DNA of 64,000 nt from an uncultured delta proteobacterium (GTDB lineage Bacteria; Desulfobacterota; Binatia; Binatales; Binataceae). Below are positions 47,169 through 58,434 of the stretch, piece after piece (position 1 is the stretch's first letter; every line of letters starts with the position of its first letter). The position numbers and the translations under genes were made by a program. The notes below the pieces were generated by a model. The model searched no databases and was not told the origin of the DNA. It worked only from the letters and a program-made list of their open reading frames with translations. The stretch covers positions 480,001 to 544,000 of the forward strand of contig CAVRVY010000003.1 of NCBI GenBank assembly GCA_963724765.1, read 5' to 3'.

Positions 47169-47307
47169 CTTGAAACCGAGCTTACCGTTGATTTTAGTGT
47201 CTTACAATTCAATTTCTACTATGAGATGACAAATAGAGTTATAAGATTGTCAAAGCATAAATAGAGATAGCGCTGCGGAAATTTGTTCAACACTGCTACG
47301 TTTGGGA

Positions 47308-49212
47308 TTAATGAGCGGAATTAGCAGCAGGACTTTCGAAGCGGGCCAGGTAACGATTCTGGAATGACACCCAGGCCTCCAGGCGAAGGTGCGCCCGCTG
47401 CATCAGCGCCGCGTACGTACTGTCGGAGGCGAGGTTCCTGGTTTCGCCGGGATCGGTCACCACGTTGTAGAGTTGCGCGCGACCGCGTTGAAAATCGTAA
47501 ATGTATTTGAAATCGCCCTCGACCAATCCGAATGTAAAATTCCCGGTGCCTGCGAAAAGGTAGGCGCGCGCGGGCGGCTTAGCGCCGAGCAGGTCAGCGC
47601 CCTGCCAAGTGCCGGGAGCGTTGAAGCCCAGCAGCGCCAACAGAGTCGGCGCGATGTCTATCTGGCGGACGATACGCTTGACCGTCACTTCGTGCGGGAA
47701 GAGCGTCGGATTCACGATCAGCAACGGCACCTGCACTTCCTCGTTGTAGACGGTTCCGCCGTGGATCAGTTGGCCGTGCTCGCCGAACGCCTCGCCGTGA
47801 TCGCCGGTAATCACCAGCAGCGTGCGGTCCGCCAGCCCCATGCTCTGCAATGCCGCGGCGAGTTCTCCAACGATGGCGTCGGTTGCGTGCACCGCGTTGA
47901 GATAGCGATTTTGGTACGCGTCGCGGACGCCGTAGTCGCGATGCTCGGCCGCCAGGTACGGATGATGCGTATCCTGCGTCCAGATCGCTAAAAAGAATGG
48001 CCGCGAAGGATCGGCCTCAATCCAGCTCAGTGCCTGCGCCTTCAGATCAGCGTCGGCGGGCGCGTCATAGTCGCGCGCTTTGTCGATCACCTGACCGAAT
48101 CCGCGGCTGCGCACGAATTCGCCCTGGCGATCGAATACGAGCTGGCCCGAATGCATGAATGCGGTACGGTAGCCCTTGCTCGACAAAACCGCCGGCAGCC
48201 CCGGAATCGCCAGCGCCGGCGCGAGCTGGGTCAAACTCGGCCAGTCGTGATCCGGATAGACCGAGGCGAAGAGCGCTCCCAGGGCGGCCGAGGTCTCGGC
48301 CTCCGCCACGTAAGCCCGGTTGAAAACGAGCGCGTGGCGGGCTAACTCGACCAGGTTGGGCGTATCGTCAAACGGTGCTCCGTAGAGCCCAAGCCGACGC
48401 GCACCGACAGATTCCATCACCACCATCAGAACGTTAAGCGGTCCGTGCGACGCCGTCGCCTCGAACCCCGCGCCCACCAGCGGCCCCGCCCCGGACGCGG
48501 GACGCATCCCCGGGGGCTGAAAATCCGCGAGATAACCGGCAGGGATGGCGTCAGTCACTACCGGCGTGTGGAGTTCGAACGCCGACGACATCAGGGTCCA
48601 CTGCGGATTGAAGGACGCCAGTGAAAAGGGCACGTGACGAACGGCCCAGCTATGCGCGCCGACGAGAAAGATCGCGGTGAGCAGGAGGCCGGCGGCGGAG
48701 TGGAAGCCGTGGCGCAATCGTCGCACGGCGCCGGGCGCGAAACGCTCAAGACCCATCGCGATCAGCACGGTGTACACGGGGGCCATCGCCACCGCCGCTA
48801 TCAGGGCGGGTGTCGCGACCGCGTCAATCGACGATTGGATGCCGCGCAGGTTATCGGCGGCCGCGATCAGGCCAAAGGTCAGCGGCCTTCGGATGACGAG
48901 ATAGATGATGGTGCTCAGATAGGTATATAGCGCGAGCACCAGACAGATGGTCCATCCGGCGATCGCGACCAACCGCCGCGCCCGCGACCGTTTGGCGATA
49001 GCGAAGAGTCCGTAAAAGAGCCAGGCGATGGCCGCCAGCAGGAAAAGATCCTGGCAGGTCGCGAGCGGCAGCAGCGCGATCAATCGCCACGAGAGAAGCG
49101 TATGAAGACTTCTGAGCGGGGTGACTATCGTCACGATCGCGAGCGCGATGAAGCCGGCGAACAGGCATTCGGCGCTGTCGCCCCGCGGTCGCGCGGGCGC
49201 ATCAGCCAGCAT
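47308..49212 (-). CDS. Membrane-anchored sulfatase-superfamily (LtaS-like) protein, paralog
   Basis: About 5 TM; NVLMVVMES, AETS, THHPY, GDHGE. Confidence 0.85.
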   Translation of the reverse strand: MLADAPARPRGDSAECLFAGFIALAIVTIVTPLRSLHTLLSWRLIALLPLATCQDLFLLAAIAWLFYGLFAIAKRSRARRLVAIAGWTICLVLALYTYLSTIIYLVIRRPLTFGLIAAADNLRGIQSSIDAVATPALIAAVAMAPVYTVLIAMGLERFAPGAVRRLRHGFHSAAGLLLTAIFLVGAHSWAVRHVPFSLASFNPQWTLMSSAFELHTPVVTDAIPAGYLADFQPPGMRPASGAGPLVGAGFEATASHGPLNVLMVVMESVGARRLGLYGAPFDDTPNLVELARHALVFNRAYVAEAETSAALGALFASVYPDHDWPSLTQLAPALAIPGLPAVLSSKGYRTAFMHSGQLVFDRQGEFVRSRGFGQVIDKARDYDAPADADLKAQALSWIEADPSRPFFLAIWTQDTHHPYLAAEHRDYGVRDAYQNRYLNAVHATDAIVGELAAALQSMGLADRTLLVITGDHGEAFGEHGQLIHGGTVYNEEVQVPLLIVNPTLFPHEVTVKRIVRQIDIAPTLLALLGFNAPGTWQGADLLGAKPPARAYLFAGTGNFTFGLVEGDFKYIYDFQRGRAQLYNVVTDPGETRNLASDSTYAALMQRAHLRLEAWVSFQNRYLARFESPAANSAH

Positions 49213-49521
49213 CGGCGGCTCCCAGTGTGTTGAACCGGAAACCGATGGCGATGCGAAAGTGACGAGGAAGTTCAGCCTTCAATGCGATACTCACGAGCGG
49301 CAGGCGAATTCTATCGTCCCCCCCTTGGAGTAGCAGCCTAGTGGTTTCTACTGGTGATTCCAATGCGTACGACACGATTTGACGGCCGGCTTTCACGGGT
49401 CATCCGCGACGCACGAAAGCGCGACGACCGGACGCCGCCGACCGCTCAGGTGTGGGTGGCAACGGTCGACCGCGTCGGCGCGGGCGCGCAGGCGCGAGGC
49501 GCCGCACGAAGCGCATGTGCG

Positions 49522-51264
49522 CTAGCGGCGGCGCGGCATCACCGGCAGGCTTAAATATGAAGCGAAGCTGCGCTCGTGCATCACGCTCTGCAGCGCGGGG
49601 CGCATTTCGGCGTCGGTGAATAGCTCGTGCCCGGTGTTGGGATTGCGGTCGAAGCGCGGAAAATTCGACGAACTGATTTCCAGCCGAACGCGATGGCCGG
49701 CCTTGAACACGTTGGCGGTCGCCCATAGATCGATCTTGAACTCGTAGATCTTGCCCGCGACCATCAGCTTGGGTTCGCTCTGCGACTCGCGCACGCGCGC
49801 GCGAATAATTCCGTCGGTCAGATTGCGCGCGAAGCCGCACGGCCCGGCGTCGACCAGCTTGGCGGTGAAATCGGTGTCGGGCGCGGAGGACGACGCGTAC
49901 AGCGTCATCGTCACCGGCCCGATGACTTCGAGGTCCTCGCTAAGCGGCTCGCTCGAGTAGACCAGCACGTCGGCGCGATGCTCAACCAGGCTCTGGTCGA
50001 GCGCCCCACCCATCTGCGCGTTGGCGTAGCAGCAAAGCCCGCCGCCCGCGGTCGGCACCGGGTTGAGCGGATTGTAGATGAACGAATCCGGCGGCTCGTC
50101 GCCCGGCGCTTCGGTGGCGAGCGCGCCGTCGCCGTAGGCGCTGTTGGCTTTGCCGCGGCTGTGCAGGTAGTACCGGCGCATCTCGGCGCCCGGCGGAGGC
50201 CATTCCTTCTCGTCGCGCCATTCGTTGACGCCCATCACGAACAGCCGTACCGGCGCGTCCTTGTCGACGCCGTTGTCGACGCCCTTCAGCCAATGGTCGA
50301 ACCATCGCAGTTGCGTGCCGTCGTAGTCGATCGCCACCGGGCCGGAGCGAAATCCGTAATCGACCTGGCCCACCAGGCTCGAGAACGGGACCGCGTGATG
50401 CCACGGGCCGGCTAGCAGGCGCTGCCCGGCGCGAGCGGGCGCCGAGGCGCCGCGCGCGCGCATCCCGAGATAGTTGCGCAGCGTCCCGCCCATGAAGATG
50501 TCGTGCCATCCGCCGACGTTGAGCGCCGGCACGTCTATCCTGTCGTACTGCTCCTCGATACAGATCGCGCGCCAGTAGTCGTCGTAGTAAGGATGCGCGA
50601 GCCAATCGTAGAAGTACGGCGCGCCGATGCGGAAAAGTGGAAACTCGCTGAGCGGCGCGAACTCCATCCGCTCGCGCATCACGTCGATACTGCCCAGCAG
50701 CGCGTTCAACTCCTCGGCGGCCTTGGGATTGCCCGCGCGCTCGCGGATCAGGCGGCTCAGTCCGAGCGTGATCATCAGCCAGCTCACGCTGAAGAACAGC
50801 TCAAACGCGCCGCCCTGGTAAACCCATCCGTCGTGGTAGTCGCTCGCCGTGATCGACGGCACCATCGCCTTGAGGCTCGGCGGACGCTGCGTCGCGGCGA
50901 GCCATTGCGTCGCGCCCATGTATGACGCGCCGAAAGTGCCGACCTTGCCATCGGCCCATGGCTGACGTGCGATGAATTCGATCGTGTCGTAGCCGTCGCG
51001 CGCCTCGTCGACGAAGCATCGAAAGGTCCCCTGCGAGGCGAACAGCCCGCGGCAGTCCTGGACCACGACGTTGTAGCCCGCGCGCGCCGCGCGGACCACG
51101 TCGAGCGTGTTGAGTGTGATCGGCGGGAAGGACTTGTCGTACGGCGTGCGGTTGAGCAGCACCGGCAGCTTCTCGGATCCCTCGGGCCGGTAGAGGTCGG
51201 CCTTCAGCACGCATCCGTCACGCATCGGGATGTCGATGTCTTTATCGATGATGATTCTGGACAT
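49522..51264 (-). CDS. CocE/NonD family hydrolase
   Basis: MRDG..L.AD, RTPY, GASYMG, GWHD, GPWHH, SSSNFPRFDRN. Confidence 0.92.
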   Translation of the reverse strand: MSRIIIDKDIDIPMRDGCVLKADLYRPEGSEKLPVLLNRTPYDKSFPPITLNTLDVVRAARAGYNVVVQDCRGLFASQGTFRCFVDEARDGYDTIEFIARQPWADGKVGTFGASYMGATQWLAATQRPPSLKAMVPSITASDYHDGWVYQGGAFELFFSVSWLMITLGLSRLIRERAGNPKAAEELNALLGSIDVMRERMEFAPLSEFPLFRIGAPYFYDWLAHPYYDDYWRAICIEEQYDRIDVPALNVGGWHDIFMGGTLRNYLGMRARGASAPARAGQRLLAGPWHHAVPFSSLVGQVDYGFRSGPVAIDYDGTQLRWFDHWLKGVDNGVDKDAPVRLFVMGVNEWRDEKEWPPPGAEMRRYYLHSRGKANSAYGDGALATEAPGDEPPDSFIYNPLNPVPTAGGGLCCYANAQMGGALDQSLVEHRADVLVYSSEPLSEDLEVIGPVTMTLYASSSAPDTDFTAKLVDAGPCGFARNLTDGIIRARVRESQSEPKLMVAGKIYEFKIDLWATANVFKAGHRVRLEISSSNFPRFDRNPNTGHELFTDAEMRPALQSVMHERSFASYLSLPVMPRRR

Positions 51265-51475
51265 CAGATGGGCTCCCTTGTCCGCACGTGGGATCTTGGT
51301 CCCGCTGCGGCGCCGGTGCCGGCCGTTTGCGCTCGCGCGCGGCGCCGTTTAAGGTCGCTTGTAGTCCGACGACCCCGGGTCTTCAAGCAAAACCTGCCGC
51401 GCGGGCCTCGCGCGGGACATTCGTGAGCCGGACGCATGAGCCGGACGAAGATATAAGACGGGCAAAGAGGTTGCG

Positions 51476-51580
51476 ATGGCGACGGAACGACAGCGTGAAA
51501 TCAAGCGGCGGCGCAAGCGGCGCGAGAAGCGACTCAAGGCACTGACTCGCGAGGCGCGCAAGCATAAGAAAAAGCGTTAA
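51476..51580 (+). CDS. 34-aa Arg/Lys-rich small protein MATERQREIKRRRKRREKRLKALTREARKHKKKR
   Basis: AGAGGT SD 4 nt before ATG; below the ORF-track cutoff. Confidence 0.65.
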   Translation: MATERQREIKRRRKRREKRLKALTREARKHKKKR

Positions 51581-51632
51581 TACCAGAGAATCCGCTGGCA
51601 AGTGAACCGCCCGCAGCCCTCCGAAACACAGC

Positions 51633-51661
51633 TTGCACTATTTGAGCACCGGCTTTATAAT
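51633..51661 (+). promoter_or_regulatory. Sigma70 promoter TTGCAC-17-TATAAT upstream of prx
   Basis: Consensus -10 with 17-bp spacing. Confidence 0.7.
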
Positions 51662-51851
51662 AGAATAGTTAACGAGCCTGATTTGTCATTAATTAAATCA
51701 GTGCGCGGGCAGCGTGAATACCAGAAATAGATGAATTACTTGTGCGATGGCGCTACGCTCAGCCCGCTCGCAGGCCCTCGAGACACAGGCTTGCTTTTGA
51801 CCGGGCAGCGACGCGCGACGCACATTAAAATCCGAAAGCGAGGTAGCGGCT

Positions 51852-52493
<642 letters not shown>

Positions 52494-52701
52494 GCTTCGA
52501 GTCGCGGGCATAAGTTGCGCGACGCGCTCGATGCGGCCTCAAAGGACCCATCATTGTCTCGCAATCTGGCGCTTGATCTCGCAACGCCGCGCTTGCCTCG
52601 GCGGTGAGCGCGGCGTTACATTTAAATTAGATTGAACGTCCATCAATTCTGACTGCACTCGATCGCGCTCGATCCAATTTTCGAACGCGCAGCGCGGCCC
52701 G

Positions 52702-54204
52702 ATGGAGTACAAGGGCATAGAGGGTTCCCCTCAACCGCCAGTGATCGCCGCTGCCAGACCGCATCCGCTGGGCCCCGGCCGGTTGATCGTGATGTCCAAT
52801 CGCGCGCCGATTCGGGTTGTGCAGGAGGCGGGCCAACAGCGAATCGAGCCCACCGTAGGCGGCGTCGGCAGCACCTTTCTACGCCTGCTGGAGCATCAGG
52901 GCGGCCTGTGGATCGCATGGTCGGGCACACAGGCGAAGACCCCCGGACGGCTCATGATGCCGCCCGAGAGCGACCCGCCACGCTTCGAAATCGTGTTCTG
53001 CCCGCTGAACGAACGCGACGTCTCGCATTACTACTATGGGATGTGCAATCGGGGATTGTGGCCGTTGATGCATTTCATGACGGCGAGCTGTCACTTTAAC
53101 ACGCTGCACTGGCGCTACTACGAAGCGGTCAACCGCAATTTCGCCGAAATCGCCGCCAAGGAGGCCAGCGACGACGACGTGGTATGGGTGCAGGATTTCC
53201 ATCTTGCGCTGGTCCCGCGCCTGTTGCGCGAGCAGCGCCCACGCATCCCGATCGGGCTTTTCTGGCACGTCCCGTTTCCGCCCGAGCAGATTTTTCGCGT
53301 CTTTCCGTGGCGCTCGGAACTGCTCGAGGGGATGCTCGGCGCTGACCTGGTCGGCTTCCATACGCGATCCTACGTCATCCAGTTTCTCAACTGTTGCGAG
53401 CGCATTCTGGGTCTGCGTGTCGACCGCTCACGCGATGAGGTCGCAACCCATCGCGGGCCGGTGCGAGTCGGTGTCTTCCCGCTCGGCATCCCGGCCGACT
53501 ATTTCGCCGGGCTCGCCGCGAGCCCGCGCGTCCAGGATCGCTCCGAGCGCATCCGCCGCGCGCTGCGCACGCCGTACGTCGTGCTCGGCGTCGACCGGCT
53601 CGACTACACCAAGGGCATCCTGGAGCGCCTGCTCGGCTTCGAGCGTTTCCTCGAAGCCAACCCGGCCTACCATCGGCGCGTCACGCTGGTGTTGATCGCG
53701 GTGCCCTCGCGCACCAAGGTCGCCGACTACATGGCGCTCAAGCGCGAGCTGGACGAGCTGGTCGGCCGCATCATCGGCCACTTCTCTTCCGAGGGCTGGG
53801 TCCCGATTCGCTATCTCTATACGCAATTCGGCGCCGAGGACTTGGTCGCCTACTACCAGGCCGCCGATATCGCGCTGCTGACCCCGCTGCGCGATGGGAT
53901 GAACCTGGTCGCCAAGGAATACATCGCCGCGCATCTCTCCGATAACGGCGCGCTCATCCTGAGTGAGTTTGCCGGCGCGGCCGAGGAACTCACGCAGGCG
54001 CTGCTGGTCAATCCTTACGACATCGACGCGATCGCCGCGCGTATCAAGCAGGCACTCGAGATGAGTCCGGCCGAGCGCGCGGCCCGGATGCACGCGATGC
54101 GCACGCAGGTGCATCGCAACAACCTCGAGCACTGGTCGGGGCTCTTCCTCAATGCGCTGCTGCCGGAGCGGAACTTTGCCGCAGAGGCCTCGGCCGGCTC
54201 CTGA
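52702..54204 (+). CDS. otsA: Trehalose-6-phosphate synthase
   Basis: [38 protein letters not shown]. Confidence 0.92.
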   Translation: MEYKGIEGSPQPPVIAAARPHPLGPGRLIVMSNRAPIRVVQEAGQQRIEPTVGGVGSTFLRLLEHQGGLWIAWSGTQAKTPGRLMMPPESDPPRFEIVFCPLNERDVSHYYYGMCNRGLWPLMHFMTASCHFNTLHWRYYEAVNRNFAEIAAKEASDDDVVWVQDFHLALVPRLLREQRPRIPIGLFWHVPFPPEQIFRVFPWRSELLEGMLGADLVGFHTRSYVIQFLNCCERILGLRVDRSRDEVATHRGPVRVGVFPLGIPADYFAGLAASPRVQDRSERIRRALRTPYVVLGVDRLDYTKGILERLLGFERFLEANPAYHRRVTLVLIAVPSRTKVADYMALKRELDELVGRIIGHFSSEGWVPIRYLYTQFGAEDLVAYYQAADIALLTPLRDGMNLVAKEYIAAHLSDNGALILSEFAGAAEELTQALLVNPYDIDAIAARIKQALEMSPAERAARMHAMRTQVHRNNLEHWSGLFLNALLPERNFAAEASAGS

Positions 54205-54229
54205 GGCGCCGCCGCTTCTGCCGGCCGCG

Positions 54230-54997
54230 ATGCTCGAGCAACTCGCCGCCCGCAGCCCACTCCTGCTCTGTCTCGATTACGACGGCACCATCTCTGAACT
54301 GGTCAGCCGGCCTGCGATGGCGCGTCCGGTTGAGGGCGTAGTGGCGGCGCTCAAAGCGCTCGCGGCACTCGGCGAGCGTATCGCCGTCGCGATCGTCAGC
54401 GGCCGCCCGATCGCCGAATTGCGCCGGATGACTGGGCTTGGGCATGCGGTGATGTACGCCGGCGTACACGGACTCGAAATCGCCGGGCGCTCGCGTGCGG
54501 CCGGCGGGGATGAAATCCGCGTACCTGATGACGTGGCCCGATGCGTCCCGGAGCTGGATCGCGTGCGCGCATGGCTCACGCACAATGTCGCGCCCGAGGC
54601 CGGTTTCGAGGTCGAAGACAAGCGACTGTCGCTCGCCCTGCACTATCGCAACGCCGAACCCGCCGCGGCTGCCGCACTGCGCGCTCGCTTCGAGGAGTTC
54701 GTGCGAACGGGCGCGCCGCATCTGCGCGCCGCGCACAACAAGATGGTGGTCGAGGCGCTGCCCGCCGCGGCCTCCAAGGGCGAAGCGCTTCGCGCGCTCG
54801 GTCGCGAAGCCGGCGCCGCATTTGTGCCGGTTTATTTTGGCGACGACCGCACCGACGAGGACGCCTTCGCCGAAGTGCTTTCGCGCGGAGTCGGAGTGCT
54901 GGTGGGCGACGCGCGTCCTTCGCTCGCGCGCTGGCGGGTCGATAATCCCGCCGCCGTCGCACGCGTCTTGACCGCGCTCGCGAAGTCGCTCGCGTAG
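54230..54997 (+). CDS. otsB: Trehalose-6-phosphate phosphatase
   Basis: LDYDGT, SGR, HYR, SKG, GDDRTDEDAF. Confidence 0.9.
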   Translation: MLEQLAARSPLLLCLDYDGTISELVSRPAMARPVEGVVAALKALAALGERIAVAIVSGRPIAELRRMTGLGHAVMYAGVHGLEIAGRSRAAGGDEIRVPDDVARCVPELDRVRAWLTHNVAPEAGFEVEDKRLSLALHYRNAEPAAAAALRARFEEFVRTGAPHLRAAHNKMVVEALPAAASKGEALRALGREAGAAFVPVYFGDDRTDEDAFAEVLSRGVGVLVGDARPSLARWRVDNPAAVARVLTALAKSLA

Positions 54998-55191
54998 ATT
55001 TTTTGACCGCGCGTGTGACTGCGCTCGCGCAGTAAAATTGCTGATCTCAATTCTTCCATAAGTGTCTTGGAGCATCAGGTCAGAAGCGCGCGACCATTGG
55101 CTCCTCAGTAATCCGCACTCCGCGGCGCTTGCCTCTATCCGGCAGCGCTGCAAGAGTAGCGGGCACCGTTTATCAGAGGATCATTCAGCCG

Positions 55192-56355
55192 ATGCCCAAG
55201 ACGAAACTGTTTCCGGTAACCGTGGTCGGTTCGTGGACGCGCCAACCGTGGCTGGTCGCGGCGTTGCGTCAACGCCAGGCGGGCGAAATCACCGGCGCCG
55301 AATTTGACCTGGTAGCCGACGACGCCGTGCTCGCCGCGATCAAGTACCAGGAGGACGCCGGTGTCGATATCGTCGCCGACGGCGAGATGCGCCGCGACAA
55401 TTTCTATTCCTTCGTGGTCGACAAGCTCAACGGGATGCGCCTGATGAAGCTCTCGCAGTTGCTCGATTACGTGAAGGACCGCGCCGGTTTCGAGGAAATC
55501 CTGCGCGCGCTCGACGTCCCGGCGTTCGCGATCAAGAGCCCCATCGCGGTCGAGAAAATCAGCGAACGCGAGGGTCTGTGCGTCGACGAGGCCAAATTCC
55601 TCAAACAACATACCAAGCACGCGACCAAGATTCCGATCCCCGGCCCCTACCTGCTCACCCGCTCGAGCTGGTTCGAAGGGCTCTCCGACAAGGCCTATCC
55701 GACGCGCGAAGATCTCGCGCGCGACGTGGTAAAAATTCTGCGCCGCGAAATCATGCGGCTCAAGGAGCTGGGCATCGACTTCATCCAGCTCGACGAACCC
55801 TCGCTCTCGCAGGTGGTCTACGGCGACGAGGCCGAGCAGACCTTCATGTGCGCGGCGCTCGGCTCGCGCACCGATCCGACTCACGAGCTGGAATTCGCCG
55901 TGCGCCTGATGAACGAGACCGTCGAAGGAATCGACGGGGTGCATTTCGGCGTGCACGTCTGCCGCGGCAACTGGAGCCGCAAGGAGAACGTGCTGCTTGC
56001 GGGCAACTACGGTCCGCTGCTGCCGTGGCTGATGCGCATGAATGTTCATCAGCTGGTGCTCGAGATGGCCACGCCGCGGGCCGGCGAGATCGAGGTGTTC
56101 AAAGAATATCGCAACGAGAAGGAGCTGGGCCTGGGGGTCAGCAACCCGCGCACCGATGAGATCGAGTCGCCCGCGGAAATAGTGAAGCGGGTCAAGGAAG
56201 TGCTGCGCTACTTCGACCCCGACAAAATCTATCTCAATCCCGACTGCGGCTTCGGAACCTTCGCCGAGCGCTGCGTCAACAGCTCGCCGGTCGCGTTCCA
56301 CAAGCTGCAGGCGATCGCGGAAGCGGCCGAGATGCTGCGCAAGGAATGCGGCTGA
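55192..56355 (+). CDS. Single-barrel cobalamin-independent methionine synthase family (core MetE-like)
   Basis: VVGSW, DGEMRR, IQLDEP, HVCRGN (HxC), NPDCGF; no N-terminal barrel. Confidence 0.88.
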   Translation: MPKTKLFPVTVVGSWTRQPWLVAALRQRQAGEITGAEFDLVADDAVLAAIKYQEDAGVDIVADGEMRRDNFYSFVVDKLNGMRLMKLSQLLDYVKDRAGFEEILRALDVPAFAIKSPIAVEKISEREGLCVDEAKFLKQHTKHATKIPIPGPYLLTRSSWFEGLSDKAYPTREDLARDVVKILRREIMRLKELGIDFIQLDEPSLSQVVYGDEAEQTFMCAALGSRTDPTHELEFAVRLMNETVEGIDGVHFGVHVCRGNWSRKENVLLAGNYGPLLPWLMRMNVHQLVLEMATPRAGEIEVFKEYRNEKELGLGVSNPRTDEIESPAEIVKRVKEVLRYFDPDKIYLNPDCGFGTFAERCVNSSPVAFHKLQAIAEAAEMLRKECG

Positions 56356-56424
56356 ACAATCGGCCCCGGCAAATCGAATCCGGCCGCGAACCCAACGAGA
56401 AAATTACCGCAGGAGCTGATAAAT

Positions 56425-56958
56425 ATGGCAGACGAAAAGATGCTCAATGGCCTGCGTCCCGACAAAATCGTCGCGATCACCGATTCCATGCGCGACGATC
56501 CCGAAGTGCTCAAGGGCGTCACCGGGCCGTGGAAGTCGCGCGTGGTATGGCAGGGCGGCTTCCGCGCCAAGGCCTACATGCGCAAGCACGTGGTCGAGAT
56601 GGACGAGCCCGAGGGCCTCGACGCCACCGACGCCGCCGCCAGCGCGCACGAGCAGTTGCTCTCCGCGATGGGCAGTTGTCTAACGGTCGGCTTCGTACTT
56701 AACGCGACCAAACGCGGCGTGCGGATCCACGACCTCGAGGTCGCGCTGGAGGGCAACTTCGAGAACATCCTGAAGTGGGCCGGCCACAGCACCACCGGCA
56801 ATCCCGGCTATCCCTCGATCAAGGCCAAGCTGTTCGTGCGCGCCGACGCCGACGAAAAGACGCTCAAGGAACTGTGGCGGCTCGCCGTCGAAGGCTCGCC
56901 CGTCACCCAGACCATCGCGCGCCCGACCGAAATCATCACCGAGTTCGAGAAGGTCTGA
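56425..56958 (+). CDS. OsmC-family protein
   Basis: DEP..L...D, LL.A..SC, SPV; only one Cys. Confidence 0.8.
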   Translation: MADEKMLNGLRPDKIVAITDSMRDDPEVLKGVTGPWKSRVVWQGGFRAKAYMRKHVVEMDEPEGLDATDAAASAHEQLLSAMGSCLTVGFVLNATKRGVRIHDLEVALEGNFENILKWAGHSTTGNPGYPSIKAKLFVRADADEKTLKELWRLAVEGSPVTQTIARPTEIITEFEKV

Positions 56959-56990
56959 AGCGGGCGAAAATCCGGCCGATCGTAAAATCG

Positions 56991-57764
56991 ATGATACGGT
57001 TAGCGGGTGCGCAAGCGGTCGCCGAGCGAATTGGGAAAGCCGATTTCGTAATCGTCGACCCGCGCCGCCCGATGAAGTATCTCTCGGGCCATCTAAGCGG
57101 CGCGATCAATCTGCCCGTCTATCGCGCGTTCGGCGACAACGGCAGCCTGCTGGAGGCGGCGGCGCTTGCCGACTGGCTCGGGGCAGGCGGAGTCGGCGAG
57201 GGCGTCACTCCCGTGCTCTACGATTCGCCGCAGGGTCAGAACGCCGCGATGCTGGCCTGGATCATGGAGTATCTGGGCGCGCCGGAGATTTTCCTGCTCG
57301 ACGTTTTCTTCGAGCGCTGGAAGCGCGAGGAGCGCGAGGTCGCGTATCGCCCGGTCGAACCGGCAAAACGGCGCTTCATCCCGCGCCTGAACCAGCGGCT
57401 GCGCGCGACCCTCGACGAAGTGCGCGCCGACACCGCCGATCGCCTGGTCGATTTCCGCTCGCACGAAGAGTTCATCGGCGAGCGCGACCTCGACGGCCAT
57501 CCCGGCCATATTCCGAACGCGGTCAATCTCGTTTGGCGCGATCTGAACGGGACCGAGGATCGGCTGCTCGCTCCGCGCGAACAGCTCGAGCGCCAAATCG
57601 CGGCGGCCGGTATCGCGCACGGGCAGAAGGTCGTGGCCTATTGCCGCAGCGGGCCACGCGCCGCGCTCGGCTACCTGGCGCTCACGCAAGTGGGCTACAA
57701 TGCGCGGCTGTTCGACGGCTCGTTCGCCGAATGGGCCCGCGCCGGGATGCCGGTCGAGAAGTAG
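56991..57764 (+). CDS. Tandem rhodanese sulfurtransferase (SseA/CysA-like)
   Basis: GHLSGA, GHIPNA, YCRSG.RA, FDGSFAEW. Confidence 0.9.
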   Translation: MIRLAGAQAVAERIGKADFVIVDPRRPMKYLSGHLSGAINLPVYRAFGDNGSLLEAAALADWLGAGGVGEGVTPVLYDSPQGQNAAMLAWIMEYLGAPEIFLLDVFFERWKREEREVAYRPVEPAKRRFIPRLNQRLRATLDEVRADTADRLVDFRSHEEFIGERDLDGHPGHIPNAVNLVWRDLNGTEDRLLAPREQLERQIAAAGIAHGQKVVAYCRSGPRAALGYLALTQVGYNARLFDGSFAEWARAGMPVEK

Positions 57765-57788
57765 TTCGGCCGTTTCATCGATGTGCGG

Positions 57789-57968
57789 CTAGAACAGATG
57801 GATTATCCATAGCCCAGCCAGCAGCGAAACGACGCCGATCAGGCCGTTGCGCACAAGCCGTCCAAATTTCTCCTGTTCTTCTTCCGCGTGAGAGATTCTG
57901 TAGCCACAGCGCGAGCAGCGGTCGCGGTCAATTCGTCCTACTTTGCACCTTGGACAGAGAATCCTCAT
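57789..57968 (-). CDS. 59-aa Zn-ribbon protein with C-terminal TM helix
   Basis: MRILCPRCKVGRIDRDRCSRCGY...LIGVVSLLAGLWIIHLF; GGAGG SD 6 nt upstream; below the ORF-track cutoff. Confidence 0.75.
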   Translation of the reverse strand: MRILCPRCKVGRIDRDRCSRCGYRISHAEEEQEKFGRLVRNGLIGVVSLLAGLWIIHLF

Positions 57969-58434
57969 AGGCTGCCTCCGACGAAAGTCCTGTCGAAGTC
58001 TCGAGCCAGGCTCTGACCGGGCTCGGAAAATCCTGCTCTATGTCTGGTCCACTGACGCATCGCCTGAGAATTGATAACGATCAGTCGAACGGGGTTAAGC
58101 GTACAGGACTGCTGCGTTTGCGAGAATGAAATTGCGAATTCGTCAACTCGTTGCAAGAATTAACAAACACCAACGGCCGCTAGCCAAGGCATCGCTACGC
58201 AGAAAACTACTTGCATTCAGATCGCAAAGTATTCAATCACGTATTAAAAATGACTCAGGTGTGCGCCTTCTAGCGCTTATCATCATCAAAGCGGAGCCAG
58301 GATAGATTTCCGGCAGATGAAATTTTGATCCGGGTAATCATCTCCATAGCGGATTGGGCCGCAAGGTCGGCGCTCGTGGATCTCACTTTCCGGATGCGTT
58401 GACAAAGCAGCCATTCCACCGGAAGATCATCCTG

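Noticed and set aside
55000-55191. SAH/SAM riboswitch before the MetE-like gene
   Set aside because: Only a short AGCGCTGC match; the GAGGAG, CAGGCTC and pseudoknot elements are absent
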